Below, piece by piece: positions 1 through 11,379 of a DNA stretch of 64,000 nucleotides. The stretch is from Octopus sinensis. Its lineage: Eukaryota. Position 1 is the first letter of the stretch, and each line of letters starts with the position of its first letter. A model generated the notes under the pieces. It made no database searches. It saw only the letters and a program-made list of their open reading frames with translations, and had not been told where the DNA came from. The DNA lies in contig NC_043007.1 of the NCBI RefSeq assembly GCF_006345805.1, forward strand, positions 77,314,001 through 77,378,000, in the 5' to 3' direction. Both the position numbers and the translations under genes were made by a program.

Positions 1-782
1 AAGTGCAAGACTTCCAAAAATTAACTTCTTGGGTCTAAACTCTTTAATGCAATGCCCCAGCATGGTCGCGGTTCAATGACCATCACAAGTTTAAAAAAGT
101 GAAAAAAAAGAAAATATATCAGAGCAGCTGTTGGCTGACCTCTAACTATAGATTTGTAACTCCATCGGCCTAATACACATCAATCGCTATTCCTTGAGAA
201 AATATGGTATAGTTTCTACAGAAATACAGCTGTACACAAGAACACAGATGGTAAATAAAATCTAGAGACTGCGCAAGTAAATTCAAAAGATTAGTCAGGA
301 ATTGTTACTGTAAGTATATATGTATGCATCCATTGATGCATAAGTACACACTTATTGAATGAATAATCTTATAAATTTCAGCAGAATTCATAAATGTTTA
401 TTAAAGTTGAAGGAAAGATTTAATTTTAATTCTCGGATTTAATTTTTGTTCCTCGGATTTAATTTTTATTTCTCGGATGCTCAGCCCAGAAGAATAGAAG
501 TAAGTCCCAGGTAAGCCGCGTCTCTGGTATAGTTTCCAGTCTGGGTTACATACAAACAATTCTTGACCTTTTTTGTATCTTCTTTTTCGTATTTAGTGTA
601 AGACATACGTGCCTTTCTCACAATTGTACAGCTGTTTCTGTCCTAGAAACCTATAAGCAGAAGACTGAAACTTCGAAGTCATTGCCACATCTCTTCATAT
701 AAAAACTTAATACACAGGTTCTCTACTAAAAAGTATTGAGTAATTCTTCAGTTTAATGTTAAATTGTGTTTTTGCATAAAGG

Positions 783-1013
783 ATAAAGACCCCCTTCGGT
801 CATGAATGACCATGAGATTGCACCTAGAAAGTTCCCTTCCGAGGCACAAGTCCGGGCAAGGTTGTTTATAGAAGACCAGCAGTCGCCCATGCATACCAGC
901 CTACCTTCTCCACGCTACCGATGTTATCCAAGAGAAAGGCAAACGCCAAAACAGCTTGGCACCAGTGACGTGTCAACTCATTTCTGAGGAAACTGGAGTA
1001 ACGTGAAATGAAG
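783..1013 (-). mobile_element. SINE family C, 3' portion (head missing)
   Basis: Matches 43945-44231 and 42378-42604 (tgaatgaccatg.gattgcacctagaaag...cagcttggcacc.gtgacgt...ctggag.aacgtgaa). Confidence 0.8.
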
Positions 1014-1768
1014 ACAAAAAACAAGTACACATACACACAAGTACAAATACACATACGTACGTGACGTAAGTAGGTGTATTTGCATATAAATATAGTCGTA
1101 TACAGACATGCATATACACTCACACACACACATACACATGGACACTTCCATATGAATATAAGAATATGCATATCGTGTATAAACTCCTGTCCTTTTCTTT
1201 ATAAAATCTTATGTGAAACATACGCACATATACTGAGAGACTGAGATATATACACAAAAGAACGAACATTGTTACTGGTCATATAGCTTTATCCTTTACG
1301 ATCATATGAGAACAACATTAACCTCCAATATCGTCATTTTATGCAAGAAAACGCTCCTCGGTGTCATGGTAAATCTTCAGGAGGTTTAGAGACATCAAAA
1401 CATGCGCAAAAGCTCAACAATATAACAGATTCAGAACTGAGATACGTTAGCAATATTTGTGGAAAGTTCTTAAGAGAGTCTCCGAACTCAAAAGCCATAT
1501 ATGTTCTCACTTGAGCTCGAAGTAATCAAGCTTTGTTTCATAGCTGACTGCCTATGTAGTCGTTGGTTATGGTCAGTCAGAAAATTACCAATAGGTTCGC
1601 GTCTATTGTTGCTCTTAGCAATATAGATGAATCATCAGACCTGGTGGCTGAAGGCACACGACCTCTTTACAAATGGAGGTAAGAATTCAGTCTTGCTCAG
1701 CAAAGCTGTGAAAAAAAACAAAACAAAAAAATACCCAGCCCATCTACCAGACTACCTGAAACAAAATT

Positions 1769-1799
<31 letters not shown>

Positions 1800-1800
1800 G

Positions 1801-2040
1801 TTTCTTTATTAGCCACTTAGCCACACAGGGCTGAAAACAGAGGGGACAAATTACAAAGTAGAGCTTTTCTTTTGGGGGAGAAAAAAGGGGGGGGGGGTAG
1901 GTTTTCGATCAAAAGGGATCGTAAAAAAAACGATCAATAGGTTATCGTGTATCACAGAAATGTCATGATGTAAAGGGTAAACAGATAAGGTTTAGCCGTG
2001 GAAAGAAAAGCCTACGGAAAAGACCACGGTAACCTTGGCG
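1801..2040 (-). mobile_element. Probable LINE 3' UTR/terminus, non-coding
   Basis: On the minus strand it ends ...tttgtcccctctgttttcagccctgtgtggctaa..taataaagaaa next to (TA)n. This end resembles the SINE B tail, but the upstream sequence is unrelated to SINE B. Confidence 0.5.
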
Positions 2041-2767
2041 AGTCTGGCACTCGGGCTGTTCGGGCTTAGCCCGAGTATAAATTTAGTGAAGTGAACATGT
2101 ATTTGCAAGCTGATTTAATTTCTGCCAACACTGGCTTCAAGTATGTAATTGTAGCTAATAACTCGGGCTCCATTTATTTTCGTTCAGCGTGTGGCAGTCG
2201 TCTTATGTAAAAAAATATCGTTCGTAGTAGACGTTCTCACGACATCGATCATACGCGCCTGACTCAGGCTCAGAACTTACAGCCCGAGTTGTTCTTATTT
2301 GTAGTCGCAAAAATTAAAAGTAATTCAAATTTAATGTTTTCTTGAAACAATAAATTTCTATAGAGATTTCTATTGAAATTCCAATGTTTGAAAAGTTTCA
2401 TATATTCATAAGAATATTTAAAAAATTTTCTTAAGGGAACGAAAAATTATCCAGCAACTCAGGCTAATATGAACGAACCTGGCAGGTGTAAGACTAAATG
2501 GTGTCTCTAATCAAGAGTACAGGCGACTGTTAGATCGCTGATGTTTGTTGCGCACTCTGGTGTCGTTATTTGTTTGCTGTTATTCTGTGCATCTGTGTAT
2601 AAAGATCTCTTGCCTTTTGCAGATTTGCTTTACTTTTACTCTTAACTTAGAAATAGAGATAGACGTATATATATATATATATATAATCAGATCGCCATGT
2701 TGATTCGCTAGCTTCTGCACGCATTTTTTTTCTCTCCTTGTTTCTCTCCGTGTTTCTTTTCTGTGTA

Positions 2768-2805
2768 TCTTTCTGTTGAAGAGCGTAGGCTCGAAACGTA
2801 AAAGA
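2768..2805 (+). ncRNA. Minimal type-I hammerhead ribozyme-like motif (core variant CTGTTGA)
   Basis: TCTTT-CTGTTGA-A-GAGC(GTAG)GCTC-GAAA-CG-T-A-AAAGA. Helix I TCTTT/AAAGA, helix II GAGC/GCTC, palindromic ACGT helix III. Lies inside a ~215 bp unit flanked by (TA)n. Confidence 0.6.
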
Positions 2806-2901
2806 CTTGTTTTATTTATATTCCTGAGCGCCATACTAATACAATTGTTTGTTTGTATTCCACCTGCCTTCGTCTTTTGTTTATTTTCATAAAGCTTCCG
2901 T

Positions 2902-2932
<31 letters not shown>

Positions 2933-3578
2933 TGTATATAATATATATATACTTATTTGGATAAAGGATATATTATTTTGTACTGGCGTTCGATCATATA
3001 ATCATATAAAATAATATATAAATATATGCATATATACATACATATATGTACATACCTACATCTATATGTATATATACATGCATATATGGGTACAGGACAT
3101 CAAAAAAAAAAAACGTTAAACACAATGAGAAACGGAAATATAAAAACAAAAACATGTAAATGAAATTTTTTTCAAACAACGAAAAACAGTACAAGACATA
3201 CAACACAAGGAATATTCCCCTTCTTCAGTTGTCCCTCTTTCGTCTACTCCGCGTTCCGAAGGTAAGGACATCTTCAGTTTCAGGTACGTGTAGAAAGTAG
3301 GAAGGAGTGAGAATGAGAAGTACCTGATAACAATATTAAAGAAGCATGTAGTATAAATATGTAATAGTGAAGAAGCATGCGATAACGGCGGACAAGTAAG
3401 TAATGCAGTAAGTCAACTAAATTAATATAATATATTCGTGTATAAGGCAAACTGGCAGAATCGTTAGCACACCGAGGAAAACGCTTAGCGGCATTCGTAC
3501 CGGGCTTTACTTTCTGATTTCAAATTTCGCCGAGGTCGACGTTACCTTTTATCCTTTCGGAATCGATAAAATATACAA

Positions 3579-3800
3579 CAGTGGTTCCCTACCGGGGTAT
3601 ATATAGGATTTTGTTGCTAAAATTTACATGCAATATATTGCTTATACTTCCACAGTATACAAAATATTTTTATATAATTTCTTATGTTTAATTATACAAA
3701 TATAAAAGAATTTTTTAAAACAACGAATGGGTATGAGGGTTTACCCAGCTAAATTGGAATCATATGGGTCCCATAAGCCAAAAGTAGTTGGGAACTACTG
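3579..3800. mobile_element. hAT/Charlie-like MITE
   Basis: Termini CAGTGGTTCCC ... GGGAACTACTG. Related internal sequence at 17652-17780 and 55533-56303. Confidence 0.6.
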
Positions 3801-4399
3801 ATTTATATCACCATATATAATATATAATGCTGTAGGTTAATTTGGCGAAGAAGGATTTCACTCATCTTACTCGTTGGAGAAACATGAAGATCTCAAGTCG
3901 TCAAGAGGTCACCTTACAAGCGTGGTGATTTATGGGACTCGCTCTGTAGAGAAATAAACGACTGCAATGGGAGTACACGATTTATAACTAGTTGGCTCGT
4001 CGTCTTGTGTTTTCACAAACCGGCGACCTACATTGAAGAGGGATTATCCATCGGATTTGAATTTCACTGCAAACAACGTGAACACCTGTTGTGATTAACT
4101 TTCACCTGATTTCTCTATCCACCAAGGAAGACACCTGTGACAAAATTTGGTCTCCTTTGACGATATTTTCGTTGCTTCAACATGTTGTTCGTTAAGTGGA
4201 CGGACACACCTGAGTAATTCCGTTAGAGAGGAGACTACCGCATAAACAGTAAAACGTGGGAGTTCTTGACGAGTGTTAAACACTGGAGTTTATGACGTCA
4301 CTTTGTCATCACTACCCGTATGTTCCTTTTGCATGTTTTGCTGTATTTCGGGAGGGTCATTATGCCAACATGCGCACAAGCTTAGTTTTACTACTTTTA

Positions 4400-4995
4400 G
4401 ACTTGTTAGCACGTTGGAGTAAATGCCTAGTGGTATTTCCTTTGGCTCATTACGTTCTGAGTTCAAATTTTGCTTCTCATCCTTGCACTGGGATTAAGGG
4501 AATCAGTTTTTCCTCTCCCCGCCGCCAAATTTCAGGCCTTGTTTCTATTGTAGAACAGATTTGAGCAGGGCGGCGAGCTGGCCGAAACGTTAGCACGCCG
4601 GACGAAATGCTTAGCGGTATTTCGTCCGTCTTTACATCCTGAGTTCAAATTCCATCGAGGTCGACTTTGCCTTTCATCCTTTCGGGGTCGATAAATTAAG
4701 TACCAGTTGCGTACTGGTGTCGATGTAATCGACTGGTCCCTCCCTAAAACTTTCGGGCCTTGTGCCTAGAGTAGAAAAGAAAAGATTTGAGCGGCAAGCT
4801 AGCAGAATCGTTAGCACTCCAGTTAAAATGCCTTAGCTGCATTTCGTTCATTTCAGTATTGAGTTCGAATGTAGCTGACGTCGACTTTGTTTTATATTCT
4901 TTCGGAGTCGATGAAATATGTACCAGCTGAGCGCTAGGGTCGATGCAATTGTCTAGCCCTGCCCACCAAAGTTTCAGGCCTCATGCCTATAGTAA
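4400..4995 (+). mobile_element. Cluster of three tandem SINE B copies of different ages; best preserved at 4568-4780
   Basis: Repeated ggcgagctggc.gaa.cgttagcac...gagttcaaattcc...gtcgactttgcctttcatcctttcggggtcgataaattaagtaccag, ending gccttgtgcctagagtagaaaag. Confidence 0.8.
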
Positions 4996-5024
4996 AAATA
5001 GTAATTATTATATGTCAATTTTTA

Positions 5025-5419
5025 ACTCTCTCTTTTACTTGTTTCAGTCATTTGACTGCGGCCATGCTGGAGCACCGCCTTTAGTCGAGCAAATCGACCC
5101 CAGGACTTATTCTTTGTAAGCCTAGTACTTATTCTATCGGTCTCTTTTACTGAGCAGCTAAGTTACGGAGACGTAAACACACCAGCATCGGTTGTCAAGC
5201 GATGTTGGGTGGGGGACAAACACATACACACACATATATATGCTTATACATATATACAACGGGCTTATTTCAGTTTCCGTCTACCAAATCCACTCACAAG
5301 GCTTTGGTCGGCCCGAGGCTACAGCAAAAGACACTTGCCCAAGGTACCACGCAGTGAGACTGAACCCGGAACTATGTGGTTCGTAAGCAAGCTACTTACC
5401 ACACAGCCACTCCTGCGCC
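5025..5419 (-). mobile_element. SINE family A, full length
   Basis: Minus strand: A box tggctgtgtggt, B box ggttcagtc, CORE-like ccttgggcaagtgtctt, internal (TA/TG)n, tail gactgaaacaagtaaaagag. Confidence 0.9.
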
Positions 5420-5597
5420 TATTTAATCAATTAGCTAATTGATTGTTTAAAACATTCGGTCAATCAATTAGTCAATTAAATTTGTTAGTCATTCGCGACC
5501 TCATCAGTGATATGACGTCTCTCTAATCCAGGTCTTTCGTAGTTTACAACAGGTAAATCGCGAAAGTTAAGGAAACAAGATGAAGAAACAGCACCCA

Positions 5598-5897
5598 GCA
5601 CATGACCTAGTGGTTAGAGCAGCGGATTCGCGGTCGAGGGATCGCGGGTTCGAATCTCAGCCCGGGTGATGTGTGTGTTTATGAGCGAAATACCTAAGCT
5701 GCTCGCGGCTCCGCAGAAGGTAATGGCGAGCTTCTGCTGACTCTTTCGCCACAACTTTCTCTCCACTCTCCTCCTGCATCTTGCAGCTCACCTGCGACGG
5801 ACCGGCGTCCCGTCCAGGTGGGGGACCTATACGCCAAGGAAACCGGGAAACCGGCCCTTATGAGCCAGGCATGGCTAGAGAAGGAACAAACAAACAA
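5598..5897 (+). mobile_element. SINE with family D head and family E (V-SINE-like) tail
   Basis: Head tagtggttagagcagcggattcgcggtc...ggttcgaatc. Tail ctgcgacggaccggcgtcccgtccag...gaaaccgggaaaccggccc, as in 41682-41914. Confidence 0.8.
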
Positions 5898-6127
5898 ACA
5901 CCAGCTCTTGTCATCATTGAATCAATTTATAGTTTTTGTTGATGTTGCTGTTGATTTCTTATCTCCACGACTAGATTTGATCAAACAAACCTATGATCAA
6001 CGCGTCCCATCCATGACCAATATGTCCACGGTTATATTATTCCAACAACGAATACTTCGGTTTTGTAGATTGTAATGGGTAGTTTGAGGAGAATTTAGCT
6101 GCTATTTTAAGCAAGTCTAAGTACAGG

Positions 6128-6600
6128 TATGGGTGTGTAGTTAACAAGCTAGCATTGTAAGCATGTGGTTTCGAGTTCAGTCTCACTACGCGACAGTTTG
6201 AGTAAATGTCTTCTGCTATATCGCTGGCCCGACCAACGCCTTGTAAAGAAGTTTGTTAGACGGAAACTGTGTGGAAGCCTGTCGTATACATATATATACA
6301 TTCACACACATATATATGTATGTGTATGCGTGTGTGCGTATGTGTGTGTCTTTGTGTGAGTATGTGTTAAGCAATACACACACGCACACACACGAAACAT
6401 TCGGTAAATCAATCAGTCAGTTTATAAACTGGTGTTGGTTTGTTTGCGTCCTCGTAACCTGACAGTTCGGTAAAAGAGGCGATAGAATTAGTATCAGGTC
6501 ATAAAATAAGTACCTGGATACAATTTATTCATTTAAAACCTTTCGAGACGACCTCCTGCATGACCGCAGTCTAATGTCTGAAACTAAAGATAAAAAAAAA
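6128..6600 (+). mobile_element. SINE family A, diverged
   Basis: Colinear with the A consensus from head to tail (agacggaaactgtgtggaagcctgtcgta ... gcagtctaatgtctgaaac). Confidence 0.75.
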
Positions 6601-7099
6601 AATCTATTGGATTGGTCGAATCGTTAGGGCGTCGAACAAAATGTTTTGCGCTGTTTGTTCCAGCTCTTTACGTTCTACATTCAAATTCTGTAATTTTTAT
6701 TTATGGCATGTCATTGATGGGGTCACTAATAGCGAGAAAGGACTTTGACAGACAAACAACCAATTAGTTGATTAACCAAAACATCAAACAAACGATCAAT
6801 TAGTTTTTTGGTTAGATATTTTACAGAGACTAACAATAAAGAAGTGATATTCAACCAAAGCGTGTTATTATTGGCGTAATGACCCTCCCAAGACAGCAAT
6901 ATTTTTTACGGTGTTATAAATAAGTCAAATATTTTCCCATGTGAACCTCTAACCCCGTCACTTCATTAAATCAAGCACCCGGCTCGGTTTAATCCATTGT
7001 TACTCTCTATAAAATTTATGGACGTAAACCCAGTCGTAAAAATATTTTACAAATAATTTATATACAAACGGGTTTTATGTACTTTTTATATCTTCTATT

Positions 7100-7690
7100 T
7101 TTTTTTACTTTTTACATGTTTCAGGCTTCAGCCATTGACCTTCGGCCATGCTGGGGCATTGTCTTGAATGGGTTAGTCAAACAAATCGACCGCAGTACTT
7201 ATGATTAAAAAAAAATCTGGTACTTATTCTATCAGTTTTCATTCGCCGAACAGCTACGTTACGAGTTGTAAACAAACAAACACCGATTGTCAAGTGCTAG
7301 TGGTGGAGGTCAAACACAAACATAAATACAACGATGCAGACACGCACACACACATACACATACTCACTCACACTCACATACGTATACACGCAAACATACA
7401 CATTATACACACTCACACTCACGTACACAGGCAGACACACATACACTCACTCATACACACACACACACATCATCATCATCATTGTTCGACCGTGGTCGAG
7501 ACATACATGCACAAACACAAACACACGCACACACATATACGACGGGCTTCTTTCGGTTTCCGTCAACCAAAATTCACTCACAAGGCACTGGTCGACGCGG
7601 GGGCTTCAGTAGTAGACGTTAGCCCAAGGTGCCCTGCAGGTGGGACTGAACCGGAAACCACGGGGTTGCGAAGCGTATTTCAAAATCAAA
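7100..7690 (-). mobile_element. SINE family A, diverged, with expanded internal (CA)n
   Basis: ggccatgctggggc...tacttattctatc...gacgggcttctttc.gtttccgtc...gtgggactgaacc. Confidence 0.75.
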
Positions 7691-8134
7691 CAGCTTCTTC
7701 TTAATGAAACTCGCTGGCATTGTGTGTTTTCGTTTTATATTCTGTTTTCCAGCTGCTGCCCCTCTGGCGAATCACGACATCCTTATTCTTCCCCTTATTC
7801 TTATTTTCATTATAGGTTCCGCTATAGCCGTGTAATTCAGATAGGGCGAATAATTCCTGCCATTTGACCTGCCTATCAAGTCCTCACTTCAGAGATATGG
7901 CTCAATTAACACGGAACGGATCAGTCAAGTGGAACGAAGTGCGTGTGTTCGTATATGCGTGTGTGAAAGCCTATTTTTGTGTAAGCATGTATGTAAGCGC
8001 GTGTGCGTGTGTGTATATGGGTCTGTGAGTGAGCATGTGTTGGTGTGTGTGTGTGTGATTAAAACAGAGGCGGGACACGTCCGGCATGGCATACTAGATT
8101 CTCAGTCAAGCGAAACCTCTCACCTAAACAGACT

Positions 8135-8660
8135 ACCACTCACCTAGTCTCACTACAACGACGACGACGACGACGACCTCAACAATGATACACCCGCCAT
8201 CACTTAAACAACTACCACCATCACAATCACAACCACCACTACCACTACCACCACCACTACTGCTACTACTACTACAACGACGACCGCCACCACCACCACC
8301 ACCACCACCACCACCACCACCGCAAACATATCTCCATGTCATACCAATAGTAAAACGAATAATTGTACTACTACTACTACTACTGTCACCACCACCGCCA
8401 CCACCACCACCACCGCCGCCGCCACCGCCACCGCCAGCAGCAGCAACAGTTGCAGCAGCAGCAGCAGCAGCAGCATACATATTGGAATAGTCACAACTGG
8501 AATATCTTTCATCTGTTCGATAAGGACTGGTCTGGAACTAAACAACTGCAGCAATGACAACAGTATAACTACCACCACCACCACCACCACCACCACCCCT
8601 CCTCCTCCTCCTCCTCCTCCCCTCCTCTTCCTCCTCCTCCTCCTCCTCCTCCTCCTACTA

Positions 8661-8695
<35 letters not shown>

Positions 8696-8727
8696 ACTGC
8701 TGCTACTACTACTACCACTACTACTTG
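8135..8727. repeat. Compound trinucleotide microsatellite (CCA/CTA/CGA/GCA/CCT)n
   Basis: Seen directly. It produces the spurious poly-P/G/A/Q ORFs in the track. Confidence 0.95.
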
Positions 8728-8947
8728 GTAAGGCAGTGAATTAGCAGAAGCGTCAGAGAGCGTTAAGCTGCTTAATCGTATCCTTCCGTGTGTACTCCGA
8801 GTCCAACGTGTGCCAAACAGTTTCATTTCTCCTATAGGAGACCATATGTATATATAGTAGAAGATACTTTCTCCGAGGTGTCTGCAAAGTAGAAATATAT
8901 GTATATATATCTGTAAATGTAATATGTGTCAATTATTCGGTAGCCAT

Positions 8948-9008
8948 GATAAAACTCCGAGTTTCGGATGCCGAGGTGGAAATCCACGCCACTATCCCTT
9001 CAGTTATC
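8948..9008 (-). ncRNA. Type-I hammerhead ribozyme-like motif inside a 33 bp inverted repeat
   Basis: Minus strand: GATAA-CTGAAGG-GAT...GTGGA(TT)TCCAC...ATCC-GAA-ACT(CGG)AGT-T-TTATC. One core deviation (A9 to G). Enclosed by inverted repeat 8910-8942 / 9019-9051. Confidence 0.6.
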
Positions 9009-9432
9009 CGGCCATTGTTACCGAATAATTGTCACATATTACATTTACAGATAAATTCCTCTATTTACATAATATCGAGGTCTCTTTCATTCTTTTGTTG
9101 TCTTACCAATTTTATCAATATATTATATATATATAACGTAAAGTGTACTAGCCATATATGAATGTGGCTAGCCACTTGGGGGTGGGGTATTACTGACGCT
9201 TTTAGCCCCAGGAGATCAACGTCACCAGCTGGCCTTAGACACAATTTCAGTGCCTTGTGTTTTTGCAAAGGGAGGTCATCCTCCCTCGATATATATATAT
9301 ATTGAGGTCCGGGTTGAGTCGGGGTTAACCACAGTAAATAAGGACTCAATACATAGCAGAGTAAATTAATTTATTATATAGAAGGAGCTTTACAAGGACT
9401 AGAACTGTTTCATTCAAAAGAAATCATCAGGA

Positions 9433-9483
9433 AGCTTCCTGATGATTTCTTTTGAATGAAACAGTTCTAGTCCTGTAGAAGCT
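9433..9483 (+). ncRNA. Type-I hammerhead ribozyme motif with intact core, in a palindrome
   Basis: AGCTTC-CTGATGA-T-TTC(TTTT)GAA-T-GAA-ACAG(TTCTAGTC)CTGT-A-GAAGCT. Predicted cleavage after A9477. A mirror copy lies on the minus strand at ~9386-9436. Confidence 0.7.
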
Positions 9484-9516
9484 CTTCTATATAAATAATA
9501 TATATAATATATATAT

Positions 9517-9567
<51 letters not shown>

Positions 9568-10066
9568 AAAAAAAGTCAAGATAGAAAATGCTAAAATAAT
9601 TTTGTAAAAAACATTTCAGTATCAGTTTCAGTCACTGAGGCTTCTTCAACTGTAAGTATAGAAAACAATTAAATTTGGAAAAAATAAAATAAAAGTTTTT
9701 TTAAAAGAATATGTGTATAGTGTTCATATACAAGTGGCATTTTCCTTGTTTCTGCCTGTCTCTTGTTTACTTTTGTGGGTTCTTCTGTCGCTAAGTATCT
9801 CTTCTATAGTAAGACAACTGTCTCTGTTCCTCTATCATACTTTAACCTCTCGCCTGGCACAAAGTTACTTTTCTCTGTTCTACTCCTCCTCCGAATAATA
9901 CGTATATGTTTACTTTGTGTTTGTTCTCAACTATCGTTTGACAACCCGACAAAAGAGACCGATAGAATAAGTACCAGACTTGAAAATAAGTATTGGGGTC
10001 GAAGCAAACATTTTGCCATACAGAACTCAGAGTAAGAACTGATCAGAGAAACTAGTGAGCGAGGAA

Positions 10067-10331
10067 AGCTGAATGGAAAGCGGGAGTCCCATCGGGGCCT
10101 GATTCTGTTTAATATATGCCCCTACTATAGCCATGGATTTTATCCGATATTGGCCTAATTAATAAATCACTTCAGGACTCTCAAAAACTAAAGCTGCTAA
10201 TTTGGTCATCTTCAGACATGAAGAACGCGGCTCAAGACCGCTCACTGTGTCGCAGTGCCGCGACAAAGAATTAGAAATGATCAGAGAAACTAAAGAGATA
10301 GATAAAGAGAGGGAGGGGGGAGAGAGGAGAG

Positions 10332-10385
<54 letters not shown>

Positions 10386-10523
10386 CTGAATGGAAAGCGA
10401 GAGTCCCATCGGGGCCTGATTCTGCTAATATGGGCACCTATTGTAACTGGATTTTATCCGATATTGGCCTACTTAATAAACCACATCAAGACTGCTAATC
10501 TGGTCATCTTCAGACATGAAGAA
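10067..10523. repeat. Two imperfect direct copies of a ~150 bp unit separated by (AG)n
   Basis: agctgaatggaaagcg.gagtcccatcggggcctgattctg...tggtcatcttcagacatgaagaa at 10067-10224 and 10384-10523. Confidence 0.85.
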
Positions 10524-10659
10524 AAAACATCAGTAGCAGTTGTAGCATCAATTGTAGTTGTTGTTGTTGCTTTTGTTGTTGTTGTTGTTGTTGTTGTTAG
10601 CGAGAGTAGGCCAATACTGATAAACTTGATATAGAGTATCTGATTACAGTGGTATAAGT

Positions 10660-10770
10660 GTATGTGTGGGAGAGAGAGAGAAGAGGGATGGAGAAGGAAG
10701 AGAAGGAGAGAGAGAGAGAAAGGGAGAACAAAGAGAGGGACAGAGTGTAAGAGGGAGAAAAAGGAGCATG

Positions 10771-10806
<36 letters not shown>

Positions 10807-11350
10807 TATATACGTGTGTGAGAGAGAGAGAGCGTATGTGTGCAAGAAAGAGAGAGAGCGGGAGAGAGAGAGAGTGTGTATGTGTGTGAAAAAAGACAGA
10901 GTGTGTGTGTGTGTGCGTATGTGTGTAAAAAAGAGAGAAAGAAAGAGCTTTGGTGTGTGAGTGAGAAAGTGTTTGTATGAGAAAGAGGGAGATAGTGTGT
11001 GTAGGAGAAAGCAGGTGAAAGAGAGAGAGAGTGTGTGTGTGTCTATGTGTAAGAGACTAAAGTGTGTGAGAGAATATGTATGTTTATGAGGTAGAGAGAG
11101 TGAGAGAGAGAAAGAGAAAGAGAAAGAAATAGAGAGAGAGAGGGAAATATTCTGCTTGTAGGAGGGAGAGAGAGAGAGAGAGGCTGCATGTAATAGAGGG
11201 AGAGTATGAGTGTGGATAACCGGGAGACAGAGGGAGTGTGTATAAGAAAGAGAGAGAGAGAGAGATTGTATGTTATAGAGAAGGAGAGTGTGTATACGTG
11301 TATGTAAGAGAGAGAAAGAGAAAGGGAAATGATGGTGGTGGTGGTGGAAG
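10660..11350. repeat. Degenerate (GA)n/(GT)n low-complexity tract
   Basis: Seen directly. Confidence 0.9.
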
Positions 11351-11379
11351 GCGTGTGCGAGGTGCTTGTTTAACGTTCG

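Noticed and set aside
430-480. Three copies of a ~20 bp unit (ctcggatttaattttt)
   Set aside because: Short minisatellite with no further structure.
3200-3290. Minus-strand CTGAAGA...GGAACGCG and a second CTGAAGA in a (TA)n-adjacent unit
   Set aside because: Possibly a PLE remnant, but no complete fold could be built.
5025-5419. Assigning families A-E to the published octopus SINE names OK, OR1 and OR2
   Set aside because: Overlap is likely, but I cannot verify which is which without the reference consensus sequences.
8133-8826. Poly-Pro/Gly/Ala/Gln ORFs resembling transcription-factor low-complexity regions
   Set aside because: They come entirely from compound trinucleotide microsatellites, open in several frames on both strands, with no domain.
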